Of a stretch of DNA of 64,000 bases, positions 7,704-17,487 are shown piece after piece. Source of the stretch: a virus (taxonomy: Duplodnaviria > Caudoviricetes); IMG/VR virus record IMGVR_UViG_3300049595_005065; one strand, given 5' to 3'. Each line of letters opens with the position of its first letter. Position 1 is the stretch's first letter. The translations under genes were made by a program, and so were the position numbers. The notes beneath the pieces are model-generated. The model ran no database searches, had not been told where the DNA came from, and saw only the letters and a program-made list of their open reading frames with translations.

Positions 7704-10003
7704 GCTCTATGCCGCTTCCATTGGGACCGATGCTTTCTTCCGTTGGCCGGGCGCTGACTGGCCCGACGGCACGCAATGTCGCTCGCTTCGGCGCAGGCGG
7801 CACGGCGGGCTATCTGGCCAACGACGCCTATCTCAACCAGGTCAACCCTGAAGTCTCCGACCTGGGCCGGATGCGCTCTAATCTTTTCTCTGGCGTGCTA
7901 GGCGGCGCACTGACCAGCCGCGGCGCCATGCCTGCCTTGGCCCGGGCTGCAAAGGCGCGCGACCCGAAGCTGCTCCTGGGCGGCCTGGGCGTAGCTGCCC
8001 GTTATGGCGCGATTCTGCCCGACATGGAGCACAGCCCGATTGGTTCTGGCGAAGCGCACAACAGAATTGGCCTGGGCTTTGGCAAGCTGCTTGATCCAGG
8101 CCACTCGCCGCTGCCCAAGGTCGTGGCGCACATCAAAGACCAGAAAAAGCTCGAAGAAACGCTGAACACGTGGTCGCGCCCCGTCGAGCACGGCGCCGAA
8201 ATTGCGACCGACAAGGCGTACGACAAGATCAAAGCTGATCTTGAGAAGAACAAGGGTAGCGCCGCGAAGTGGCTGCAAACAGCTGGGTTGCCTGCGACTT
8301 ACGGCAGCCTGATCACGGCGCTGGGCGGCACGCCGGGTGAGAAGCCTACGCTCTCCGACGTCGGCATGGCGGCTGTGCCCCATGTTGCAGGCGGCGCTGG
8401 CGGAGCTTACCTGGGCCATCTTCTGGGCGGCGGCGTGGGGAACTTCCTGTTCAAGGACAACCCAAAAGCTGAGTACGAAGAACGCCGTCGCCAGGAACAG
8501 CGGCGTTGGTGGCTGCAGTTCCTGGGTTCTAATCTTGGCGCCGTAGGCGGTGTCTATGGCGCCATGAACGCCGCGCCGCATCTCAACAAGCTGATTGGTT
8601 CAGCCATGCAGACCAAGCAGTCGGAGGTGAAGGAAGCCGTAGGGCCGATTCCGCCGCAAACTTCTGGCCTGCTCATGCGTTCTTTGAGCAACATGCTGCG
8701 CACTGGTACGCGCGCAGGTTTGCAACGCGGCGGCCAAATGGCGCTGGGTCTAGGCAAAGACATGGCGCTGGCTGGCGGCATGACAGCCGGACAGTACGCC
8801 GCGAACATCGTGCCGCCCGGAGGCTACGACGCCCAGGGCAAGCCGCTGGGCCCGAACACCGACCTGAGCTACATGGGGTCGCTCTACGGCACAAATCTGC
8901 TGGGCGCAAGGCTCGCCCGCGGCATGCTGAGCGGCCAGGCGTTCGCTGGTAAGGCTAACCCCCTGACGCGCGGCCTGACGCTCGGCGCGATGGCCACGGC
9001 TGCGCCGAGCGTGGTGAACCTGGGCACGAGCGTTCCGCCACTGTTTGGGCAGGTGCTCAACCCGGAGAAAATTAACAAGTACACCGCTGCGCTGGATCAG
9101 GACACCGGCCGCTTTGGCCAGGATCCCGCGGGAGCTGCCCAGGCTGCCGCCCGTGGCGCCCAGAAGGCGCTCGCAAACAAGCCAGTCGTTGCTGATGCGG
9201 CCAATCTCACCCAGGACGTCGTCGAAGAAGCAGGCGTGCCGGGCATGAGCGCCAAGGGCAACCAGAGTATCAAGGACATGCTCGGTTCGACGGGCCTGTC
9301 CATGCTGGCTCAGGGCGCGGGCATGGCGACCGGCGGCGTGGCTGGCCTGACGGCGGGCGACTGGCTCGTCGACAAACTGTTAACTACAGCCGTGAACAAG
9401 AAGTGGCTCAAGAAGCGCAAGGGGCTGCACCAGTTCCTGCGTGACCTGGGCGCCGTTGCTGGCGCGGGCCTGGGAGCTTACGGCGGCCTCAAAGCGCTGA
9501 ACTACGGCGTCCCAGCTGCCGCGAACTACTACAACAAACACCTGGCAACGCAGCCCAAGACGGCGAGCGTCACTCCAGACTGGGAAAAGATATCTTTCGA
9601 GCTGGGCGGCCTGGACGTCCGGCTGCCCGACGACGTGAACGCCGCCCGCATGACCGCTATTGCCGCGCTGGTCTCCGGCGCGCTTGGTGCTGGTCGTGGC
9701 GCCTACGACCCTGGCTACGACGAGAAGACGAACCGACGCGGACACATTATCTCCAAGACCCGCCGCAGTCGCCTGCGGGGCGCTGGCCTGGGCGGCCTGA
9801 TTGGCCTGACGACGGGCGTGGGCGGCAGCTACACCTCGCAGTTCGCCAACCAGTACCGGCCCGAGATCGACGGCTACATCCAGAGCTGGCTGCCGAAATC
9901 TGTAACCGAGCCGCAGCCACAGGTGGCAGGCGAGGAAATGCTGCCGCACGAGAACGTAGACGTGGTGCAACCGCTGCTTGATACAATCAGTCATACCGCC
10001 TAG
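7700..10003 (+). CDS. Large Gly/Ala-rich glycine-zipper protein (putative internal or ejection protein)
   Basis: 767 aa, no Cys, many GxxxG segments; start GTG 7700 or ATG 7709. Confidence 0.85.
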   Translation: MSSMPLPLGPMLSSVGRALTGPTARNVARFGAGGTAGYLANDAYLNQVNPEVSDLGRMRSNLFSGVLGGALTSRGAMPALARAAKARDPKLLLGGLGVAARYGAILPDMEHSPIGSGEAHNRIGLGFGKLLDPGHSPLPKVVAHIKDQKKLEETLNTWSRPVEHGAEIATDKAYDKIKADLEKNKGSAAKWLQTAGLPATYGSLITALGGTPGEKPTLSDVGMAAVPHVAGGAGGAYLGHLLGGGVGNFLFKDNPKAEYEERRRQEQRRWWLQFLGSNLGAVGGVYGAMNAAPHLNKLIGSAMQTKQSEVKEAVGPIPPQTSGLLMRSLSNMLRTGTRAGLQRGGQMALGLGKDMALAGGMTAGQYAANIVPPGGYDAQGKPLGPNTDLSYMGSLYGTNLLGARLARGMLSGQAFAGKANPLTRGLTLGAMATAAPSVVNLGTSVPPLFGQVLNPEKINKYTAALDQDTGRFGQDPAGAAQAAARGAQKALANKPVVADAANLTQDVVEEAGVPGMSAKGNQSIKDMLGSTGLSMLAQGAGMATGGVAGLTAGDWLVDKLLTTAVNKKWLKKRKGLHQFLRDLGAVAGAGLGAYGGLKALNYGVPAAANYYNKHLATQPKTASVTPDWEKISFELGGLDVRLPDDVNAARMTAIAALVSGALGAGRGAYDPGYDEKTNRRGHIISKTRRSRLRGAGLGGLIGLTTGVGGSYTSQFANQYRPEIDGYIQSWLPKSVTEPQPQVAGEEMLPHENVDVVQPLLDTISHTA

Positions 10004-10033
10004 TTGGGTGCTTTTCATACACGGAGTCTTGTT

Positions 10034-10519
10034 ATGTCTGCTTATCAGAAGATTGCCAGCGCCCGCGAGTTCGGCGAAAAATTTGGTGGCTATATCGAAT
10101 ATGCGGGCAATGATCCAAAAGAACTCGCCTGGCAGAAAAAATACGAAAAGCATGTCCGCAAGTGGGAAAAAGAAGACATGAAGAAAAAGCCAGCCCGCGA
10201 GTTCGGCGAGAAGCTGGCCATGGACCCGCGCCTCATGGGCGGCCTGGGCGGCGCAGCGGTGATGGGTCTGGGAGGCGCCGCGCTGGGCGCGATGAACCCC
10301 GGCGAGGAAGAGACAGTTGACGACAACGGCCGGGTCGTGAAGCGCCAGAAGAGCCGACTGAGCAGCGCGCTGGCGGGCGGCCTGGGTGGCGCACTGGCAG
10401 GTGGTGCGGGCGGCGCAGCTTTGGGTCACTTTCGGGGCGACAACGTGCGGGATTTTGGCAACATGCTGCGGGCGCGACTGGGCGGTGAAACGCAAGCTCC
10501 GCCGCCGAAAGTTATCTGA
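10034..10519 (+). CDS. Glycine-zipper protein with two AREFGEK repeats
   Basis: SD GGAG then ATG 10034; shares a module with the two upstream genes. Confidence 0.8.
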   Translation: MSAYQKIASAREFGEKFGGYIEYAGNDPKELAWQKKYEKHVRKWEKEDMKKKPAREFGEKLAMDPRLMGGLGGAAVMGLGGAALGAMNPGEEETVDDNGRVVKRQKSRLSSALAGGLGGALAGGAGGAALGHFRGDNVRDFGNMLRARLGGETQAPPPKVI

Positions 10520-10550
10520 TAGCTAAAAAAACTTGCGCTATATTGAGCGC

Positions 10551-11291
10551 ATGGACACAGCCCAACAAGCAGAAGACCCCGAGCTGTCGGCCTACATCCA
10601 GGTCTACGGCAACAAGCGCGCCGTGCTCGAGAGCCTGAAGAGCTTTCGGGCGCACTACCCGCGGGCAAAGATATCTTTGATCTCCGACGGCGGAGAAAGC
10701 TTCGCTGAGTTTGCGCAGCCTTTCCAGCTCTATTACGAGCACTCGCCGGTGAACACGCTGCCGAGCGCCCGGCTGGCCAACCCTGACTGCGCCCGGGAGT
10801 ATCTCCGCAGGATCTACCAGCACTGTCAGCGCGCCAGGAGCCTCTGGGTGCTGATCCTGGAAGAAGACGTGCTCACGTACCGTCGGGTGCGCAAGTATCC
10901 GAAAGTTCACAGCGCTGGGCCCCGGAACAACCCGTTCTCGCGTGAGCTCAACGAGTACCTGAACAACAAGCGGCTCACGTCCGGCGTGGAGTACTTCTAC
11001 AACCTCAGCGGCGGGGGAGTTTTTCACCGCGAGACTTTCCTGCTGTGCTACGAGCAAAACCACTTCGACCTGAACTACGCCTGGCTGCTCGACGAGCGCC
11101 TGGCGGCCACGGACGCGCTGCTCTCGGCGTTCTTTCTGGCCAACAACCAAGACAACGTCGCCTGGGAAGAAGTCTCCGAGAAGCACATTGCCAGGCAGGA
11201 TTTAGTGATCGACCGGGACGCCGCGTTCGACCACAACGACAAGCGCTGGTACGGCCAGCCGTTTGACGCGAGCCTGCTGCCGCGCGCTTAA
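10551..11291 (+). CDS. Glycosyltransferase-like protein (GT-A-like)
   Basis: ISLISDGG and WVLILEED acidic motifs; likely start ATG 10551, 6 nt after TATATT (possibly leaderless). Confidence 0.55.
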   Translation: MDTAQQAEDPELSAYIQVYGNKRAVLESLKSFRAHYPRAKISLISDGGESFAEFAQPFQLYYEHSPVNTLPSARLANPDCAREYLRRIYQHCQRARSLWVLILEEDVLTYRRVRKYPKVHSAGPRNNPFSRELNEYLNNKRLTSGVEYFYNLSGGGVFHRETFLLCYEQNHFDLNYAWLLDERLAATDALLSAFFLANNQDNVAWEEVSEKHIARQDLVIDRDAAFDHNDKRWYGQPFDASLLPRA

Positions 11292-11359
11292 AACCAGGCG
11301 CTTTCTGGTAAACTGGCCCGGAATAGATATCTATTGCCAGAGCAGGCAAGGACGCCCGC

Positions 11360-13261
11360 ATGCCCGCAGCCGCTGTTCCACAAGCCGACCTGCACGCGCG
11401 CTTTCAGCCCGACTACACGCCCGAGCAGCTCGAGGGCCTGGGCGTGTACGACGCGCTGTACCGTGGCGCTGCGCCCCGTCTAGCCAGCCTGGGCGAGTGG
11501 AAGCCCGAGTGGATCAGCGAGCATGACCCCAAGGGCTGGGCCCAGTGGTACAAGCGCTACGCCGCCGGACGCAGGATCCCGGGCGAAGACGAGCGCCAGA
11601 TCAAGCGCTGGCTGAGCTTCAAGTCGCGCCACGGCGGGCCATTCGCAAAGAACCCCACAGCGCGCCGGGGCTGGGCGCTGCGCAACTGGGCTGTGGATCC
11701 CGCGAAGCTTGTGCCCGAGCAGGCGCAGCAGATCAACGACATGCTCGAGGAGCGTAAGCGCAAGGCGATGCAGAAGTTCGTCCAGGAGCGCGTGCAGACT
11801 GAGAAAGCTGCTGAGCTGGTTCCTGAAGTTCAGCTCCAGGAGCACCAGCAGCGCGTTGCCGATAGAGTCTCCACAGGCGACCCCCGCTTGCTCGTCTATC
11901 ACGGCCTGGGCTCTGGGAAGTCTCTCTCGGCGCTGGCTGCGGCCGAGGCTGCCAGGAAAGTCCACGGCGATAACTACGGCGTGGTAGTCCCGGCCAGTTT
12001 GCGCGGCAACTTCCAGAAGGAAGTCAAGAAGTTCACCCGGAACTCCAGCCCCGAGATCCTGAGCTACACGGGCCTGGCGCTGGGCAAGCGCTTTCAGAAT
12101 CCAGCCGACACGGTGGTCATGGACGAGGCGCAGCGCTTGCGTAATCCGACCTCGGGGGCGACCCAGGGCGCCAAGCAGCTCGCCCGCCAGGCCAAGAGAC
12201 TCGTGCTTCTCTCGGGCACGCCGATCACGAACTCGCCGACTGACCTGGCGAGTTTGATATCTTTGCTCGACAACAAGAACATGTCGCCGCAGGAGTTCGA
12301 GCAGAAGTTCATTGGGTACAAGAAAAAGTTCCCTGGCCTGCTTAAGTATCTTCAGGGCGCGCAGTCAGGCGAGGAACCATACGTCAAGAACGAGGGCGAG
12401 CTGCGCAAGATGCTCGCCGGAAAAGTTGACTACCAGCCGAGCAAGACTCCCCAGGGAGTGACAGTCAACGAAGAGACCGTGCAGGTGCCGCTCTCGGGCG
12501 AGCAGGAGCGCATCCAGCGCGCCATTCGGACGCGCATTCCGCCAGGGTTTCTCTGGAAGCTCGACCAGGAGTTCCCGCTCTCGCGCGACGAGCTGAACAA
12601 GCTGAATAGCTTCTTGACTGGCCTGCGGCAGGTGAGTCTCTCGACGCAGCCATTTCGGGCCGACAAGAATCCGCTCAAGGCGTTCGACCAGTCGAGCAAG
12701 CTGCGCGAGGCCATGAAGCGCCTGCGCGAGAACCTGGATGCTGACCCGCGGCGCAAGGCGATCGTCTACTCAAACTTCATCGACTCTGGCATTCAGCCGT
12801 ACGCCCGGGCGCTCGAGCGGGACAAGATTCCTTACGGGATCTTCCACGGCGGGATCCCTGTGGCCCAGCGCCAGCAAGCACTCAAAGACTACAACGAGGG
12901 CAAGCTCAGAGCTTTGCTGCTGGGCCCAGCCGCCGCCGAGGGAATCTCGACCAAGGGCACCAGTCTCATTCAGCTCCTGGACCCGTACTGGCACGAATCG
13001 CGCACGCAGCAGGCCCGCGGCAGAGGTTTGCGCTTCGACTCGCACGAGGGCCTGCCCGAGGAGCTCAAGAACGTCGCGGTGCAAAGATATCTTTCGACGA
13101 GCAAAGAGCCTGGCTTGTTTAGCAAGTACGTGCTGGGCCGCCGACGGGAGCGCACCGGCGACGAGGTTTTGCAGCACCTGGCCGACAAGAAAGAGCAGCT
13201 CAACGAGGCCTTCCGCAAAATCCTGCGTGAAGTGGGGACGCCGCGCGAGACAGTACAATAG
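11360..13261 (+). CDS. SF2 (SNF2/D6-D11-like) helicase with an N-terminal DPxGWxQWY domain
   Basis: LLVYHGLGSGKS, MDEAQ, LSGTP, IVYSNF, AAAEGIS, QARGRGLRFDSH; no Cys. Confidence 0.9.
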   Translation: MPAAAVPQADLHARFQPDYTPEQLEGLGVYDALYRGAAPRLASLGEWKPEWISEHDPKGWAQWYKRYAAGRRIPGEDERQIKRWLSFKSRHGGPFAKNPTARRGWALRNWAVDPAKLVPEQAQQINDMLEERKRKAMQKFVQERVQTEKAAELVPEVQLQEHQQRVADRVSTGDPRLLVYHGLGSGKSLSALAAAEAARKVHGDNYGVVVPASLRGNFQKEVKKFTRNSSPEILSYTGLALGKRFQNPADTVVMDEAQRLRNPTSGATQGAKQLARQAKRLVLLSGTPITNSPTDLASLISLLDNKNMSPQEFEQKFIGYKKKFPGLLKYLQGAQSGEEPYVKNEGELRKMLAGKVDYQPSKTPQGVTVNEETVQVPLSGEQERIQRAIRTRIPPGFLWKLDQEFPLSRDELNKLNSFLTGLRQVSLSTQPFRADKNPLKAFDQSSKLREAMKRLRENLDADPRRKAIVYSNFIDSGIQPYARALERDKIPYGIFHGGIPVAQRQQALKDYNEGKLRALLLGPAAAEGISTKGTSLIQLLDPYWHESRTQQARGRGLRFDSHEGLPEELKNVAVQRYLSTSKEPGLFSKYVLGRRRERTGDEVLQHLADKKEQLNEAFRKILREVGTPRETVQ

Positions 13262-13307
13262 CGGCTGGTGTGCTGGATTCTCTTGCTGATTTCCAAGGAC
13301 GGAAACC

Positions 13308-15443
13308 ATGCCGACTCCCCTGACCCGTGTTTTCCGGCTGCTGCGCTTCTTTGCGACGCGGCGGCGCGCCGTGAACGAAACGACTGGCGTGCCCACGGAT
13401 CTGCTGCCAGGCGAGATCGCTTACGGCGAGGACGAGAACACGGTCTACATCGGCCGCACTGATGGCTCAGTAGGTATTCTCGCCTCGGGCGGCTCTGTTG
13501 GCCCGACTGGTCCCACGGGACCGACAGGCCCCGCAGGGACGCCCGGTGCCACAGGACCGTCTGGTGCGCGCGGTTTTGTCGGAGCCACCGGCGCCACGGG
13601 CGTTACTGGCGCCACGGGGCCCTCGGGAGCTTCCGGCGCGCGTGGTCCCACAGGAGCTACCGGCGCGACAGGCGCAACAGGTCCGTCTGGTCCAAGCGGT
13701 GTACCGGGTTTGCAGGGACCGACGGGCTTGCAGGGCCTGCCCGGCTCGACGGGGCCGACCGGTCCAACTGGTCCCGCCGGGCCTACTGGTGTTGGTGCGA
13801 CAGGCGCCACAGGGGCCACGGGACCGACCGGTCCAACTGGTCCCGCCGGGCCTACTGGTGTTGGTGCGACAGGCGCCACAGGGGCCACGGGACCGACGGG
13901 GCCTTCTGGCGCCGCAGGGTCTACTGGCCCATCGGGCGTGGGCTTTAACTGGCGCGGAGAATATCAGAACCCAGAAGTCTACGGGCCCTACAACGTCAAT
14001 GATGTTGTGCTGTTCAACGGCAGCGCGTACATCTGTTTGCAGTACATGTCAGGTTTGATTGACCCGGAAACAATTCCTGACGGGCCCGATTATTGGGCGC
14101 TGTTTGCGGCAGGCGGAACTGCGGGATTGAACGGCGCGCCCGGCGCTACGGGACCAACAGGCCCAGCGGGCGCCACGGGACCCGCAGGCCCGACAGGCGC
14201 TACAGGCCCCACAGGCCCCGCGGGGCCGACAGGCGCGACAGGCGCGACGGGACCTAGCGGTTCGGTTGGTGCCACGGGACCAACAGGGCCGTCAGGCGCT
14301 GACGGCAAAAGCGTCACGATTCTGGGCAGCTACAGCAGCGAGAGCGCGTTAATTGCAGCGCAGCCGACTGGTGCCGAAGGCGACGCATATCTTGTTGCTG
14401 GCAATTTGTACGTTTGGTCTTCAAACACGGCGACGTGGACTAACGTTGGCAATATCCAAGGGCCGCAAGGCGCCACCGGTCCGACCGGTCCGACTGGCGC
14501 TACTGGCGCTACTGGGACCCCGGGCGCAACTGGCGCAACTGGCGCTACGGGGCCGACCGGCCCTCAAGGCGCGACCGGTGCCACTGGTCCCACCGGGCCA
14601 AGCGCGCTTAGCGCTGATTTCACCGTGCTGGCCGTTTCGCAGGGCGCGTACAGCGACGGCATGGTTATTTCGGCGGGCACAGCGATTGAGACGATCATCA
14701 AGAACATGCTGCAGGTTGTGGTGCCGCCAAACTACGCCGCGCCAACGCTTGCGCTAGGGAGCAATATCGCGATTACGGAGATCGGCACGACGGTCTCGCC
14801 TACGCTTACGCCGACCTGGACACAGAACGACGCCGGAACAGCGACGGCATACACTCTCAAGCGCGGCGGCTCGGGCGGCACGACGATCTACAGCGCGGCA
14901 AGCCCGGCGGCCTACACCGACTCCTCGGCGTATCAGCTTACGACCGCGACGCAGTACTACGCGCGCACTGATTACGGCCAGGGCCCGCTCAAGCAGGACA
15001 ACACCGGCGCTGACTTTCCAACTGGTCGTATCGCCGCAGGCTTTAAGGAAGCTACGGCAACGCTCACGCCGCGGCGGCGCGTGTTTTACTGGGCTGACAC
15101 TAGCACGGATATCCCAACGACCAGGGCGCAGTTTATCGCGGCGCACGCGACGCCTGTGTTTTTTATCGCCTCGGGGCTTGAGATTGCGATTCCCCAAGGC
15201 GCCAAACGCGTGGTGATTGCCGTACCGCAGAGCGCTGGTTTGACCCTGAACACAAACTCAATCTTCTATGTGCAGCTCAACGGTTTTGTAGGTGACACGT
15301 TTACGTTGTTGAATCCGGCACCGCTGATTGGCGGCGCAAGTGATTACTCGCCGATCGCCTACACTGTGTACTACTACATCACGGGCTCGGGTTTTGGCAG
15401 CGCCGCCACGTATCGTCTGCTCTTTACGGTGAACGCCACATGA
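13308..15443 (+). CDS. Collagen-like (Gly-X-Thr) fibre protein
   Basis: Three GPT/GAT/GPS blocks; N-terminal L..GEIA..E...YIG fibre anchor; beta-rich C-terminus. Confidence 0.9.
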   Translation: MPTPLTRVFRLLRFFATRRRAVNETTGVPTDLLPGEIAYGEDENTVYIGRTDGSVGILASGGSVGPTGPTGPTGPAGTPGATGPSGARGFVGATGATGVTGATGPSGASGARGPTGATGATGATGPSGPSGVPGLQGPTGLQGLPGSTGPTGPTGPAGPTGVGATGATGATGPTGPTGPAGPTGVGATGATGATGPTGPSGAAGSTGPSGVGFNWRGEYQNPEVYGPYNVNDVVLFNGSAYICLQYMSGLIDPETIPDGPDYWALFAAGGTAGLNGAPGATGPTGPAGATGPAGPTGATGPTGPAGPTGATGATGPSGSVGATGPTGPSGADGKSVTILGSYSSESALIAAQPTGAEGDAYLVAGNLYVWSSNTATWTNVGNIQGPQGATGPTGPTGATGATGTPGATGATGATGPTGPQGATGATGPTGPSALSADFTVLAVSQGAYSDGMVISAGTAIETIIKNMLQVVVPPNYAAPTLALGSNIAITEIGTTVSPTLTPTWTQNDAGTATAYTLKRGGSGGTTIYSAASPAAYTDSSAYQLTTATQYYARTDYGQGPLKQDNTGADFPTGRIAAGFKEATATLTPRRRVFYWADTSTDIPTTRAQFIAAHATPVFFIASGLEIAIPQGAKRVVIAVPQSAGLTLNTNSIFYVQLNGFVGDTFTLLNPAPLIGGASDYSPIAYTVYYYITGSGFGSAATYRLLFTVNAT
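13755..13892 (+). repeat. Exact 69-nt tandem duplication ([23 protein letters not shown] x2)
   Basis: 13755-13823 is identical to 13824-13892. Confidence 0.85.
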
Positions 15444-16201
15444 GTACGCCGCTTCCAACACCAAAAGGCTATCAACGTCTTGGTAGCTTTCCCTTGGACA
15501 GCACTGCAGTCTTTGAGACTTACGCGGCGCTGTCGGCGTACGCAAGCGACACCAGCAGCGCGGCTTACGTTGGGCAAATTTGTGCTGTCAACACGGGCAC
15601 CGCGGTTACGATCTACGTCATTGAAACTAACAGATCGCTGCGCGAGCTGGGGACGCAAGGGCCTACCGGCCCAACCGGTGTTGGTGTGACCGGCGCTACC
15701 GGACCTACTGGGCCTTCAGGTGTGCCCGGTGTGACTGGACCTACCGGTCCATCTGGCGTGCCTGGTGTGACTGGGCCTACCGGACCGTCGGGTGTGACTG
15801 GACCTACTGGTCCATCTGGCGTGCCAGGCGTCACAGGACCCACTGGACTCACTGGGCCTTCGGGTGTGCCAGGCGCTACTGGGCCTACTGGACCTACTGG
15901 GCCCTCGGGTGTGCCCGGTGTGACTGGATCTACCGGTCCATCTGGCGTGCCGGGCGTCACAGGACCCACTGGGCCTTCAGGTGTGCCTGGTGTGACTGGG
16001 CCTACTGGTCCCTCGGGTGTGCCAGGCGCTACTGGGCCTACTGGTCCTTCGGGTGTTCCCGGTGTGACTGGGCCTACTGGTCCCTCGGGTGTGCCAGGCG
16101 CTACTGGGCCTACTGGCGCCTCAGTGCTTGCCGCGCTTACAATTTCAGGCGGTTCTGTGTCGCCGTTGCTTCTTGATGTCGTTTACCAGGTGGATTCATG
16201 A
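15440..16201 (+). CDS. Collagen-like fibre protein with 12-aa [12 protein letters not shown] repeats
   Basis: ATGA overlap; N-terminal [11 protein letters not shown]...AYVGQI motif seen in phage tail proteins; repeats differ mostly at synonymous positions. Confidence 0.85.
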   Translation: MSTPLPTPKGYQRLGSFPLDSTAVFETYAALSAYASDTSSAAYVGQICAVNTGTAVTIYVIETNRSLRELGTQGPTGPTGVGVTGATGPTGPSGVPGVTGPTGPSGVPGVTGPTGPSGVTGPTGPSGVPGVTGPTGLTGPSGVPGATGPTGPTGPSGVPGVTGSTGPSGVPGVTGPTGPSGVPGVTGPTGPSGVPGATGPTGPSGVPGVTGPTGPSGVPGATGPTGASVLAALTISGGSVSPLLLDVVYQVDS

Positions 16202-17487
16202 CTACGTTCAACACGCACGTTTCTTTTGACCACGTGCGCAACACCGCGGCGGGTTTTACGACCGCAAACCCGATTCTGGGCTATGGCGTAATCGGTCTCG
16301 AGACTGACACGGGCAACATTAAGATCGGCAACGGTACGCAATCCTGGACTGCGCTGCCGTACTCAAATGTGCCGGACGCGCCAGACGACGGAGTGATCTA
16401 CGGCCGCAAGGACGGGGAGTGGGTGGATATGACCAGCGAGGCGAACCTGCAGGTTCGCCGCGGTACGGCGGCCGAGGTGGCGGCAATCACGCCGCTCGAG
16501 GGCGAACCGGTGTGGACAACGGACGCAAAGCGTCTTTACGTCGGCGACGGCGTCACACAAGGTGGAATCGACGTCGGGGCGTTTCCGCTCAACGCCATCC
16601 GGCCGAGTAGCACGGTAAGCACTCTCACGCCGGGGAGAATATTTGCTGCTAGCCAGATGGAAATTTATGGACAAATTGCCGGTACAACCTACGTTGCTGG
16701 CAATACGCGCGGCAGCGGCGCAGTGGATTTTCAAACGATACGATCCGCTGCAACCCAAGTCGCCAGCGGCGGGCATTCGACTATTGTTAACGGAACTTTT
16801 AACGCTGCTACGAACCAAAGGGCAACCGTGCTCAACGGCATAAATTGCACGGCAAGCGGCGCTGATTCTACGGTGTTGGGCGGCTATGCCAGCACGGCGA
16901 GCGGTACAAATTCGCTAGCCTTTCATGGTACGGCGAGTGCCACGTCTTCGGTGGCTTTTCACGGCACGGCGTCTGGCTTTCGGTCTGTCTCGTTCAGCGG
17001 CACCGCCAGCGGCGAAAACGCGGTCGCGCTGGGCGGCACGGCAGACCGGCACTACATGCTCGCGCGGGCCGGAGGGACGATCACAAACTTTACGGGGCGT
17101 GGGCAGGAAGTGGCGCTGGTCATGCGCGGCTACACGACCGACACCACCGCGACCGAACTGACCCTGGGCGGCACCGGCACGCCGAAATTGACGATTCCTA
17201 ACAACGTTTTGCTGTCAGGCGTTGTCGAAATCGTCGGGACAAAAACGGCCGACGCCACTGTGGCGTGCCACTATCTGCGAAAGTTCACCATCAGAAACGT
17301 CTCCAACACGACAACGCTGATCGAATCCGCCAGCGTGGTGGGAACCGACTACGAAACTGACGCGGGTCTTGAAGTGAGCCTGTCAGCGGACGATACGGGC
17401 GATTTTCTCAAAATCGAAGTCACCGGTTTGGCGGCGACGAACATGCGGTGGCTTGCCATTGTTCGCGGCGCGGAGATTGCATTGTGA
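16198..17487 (+). CDS. Tail fibre/adhesin with two Mtd/hyaluronidase-N-like modules and YadA-like head repeats
   Basis: [27 protein letters not shown]; [16 protein letters not shown]; QVRRGT...[18 protein letters not shown]; ASG..S.A repeats. Confidence 0.85.
   Translation: MTTFNTHVSFDHVRNTAAGFTTANPILGYGVIGLETDTGNIKIGNGTQSWTALPYSNVPDAPDDGVIYGRKDGEWVDMTSEANLQVRRGTAAEVAAITPLEGEPVWTTDAKRLYVGDGVTQGGIDVGAFPLNAIRPSSTVSTLTPGRIFAASQMEIYGQIAGTTYVAGNTRGSGAVDFQTIRSAATQVASGGHSTIVNGTFNAATNQRATVLNGINCTASGADSTVLGGYASTASGTNSLAFHGTASATSSVAFHGTASGFRSVSFSGTASGENAVALGGTADRHYMLARAGGTITNFTGRGQEVALVMRGYTTDTTATELTLGGTGTPKLTIPNNVLLSGVVEIVGTKTADATVACHYLRKFTIRNVSNTTTLIESASVVGTDYETDAGLEVSLSADDTGDFLKIEVTGLAATNMRWLAIVRGAEIAL

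Noticed and set aside
13498-16150. Possible CRISPR-like array in the collagen repeats or the 31-nt repeats
   Set aside because: Repeats are in-frame coding units without unique spacers; the 31-nt repeat has two copies 452 nt apart; no cas gene is present.
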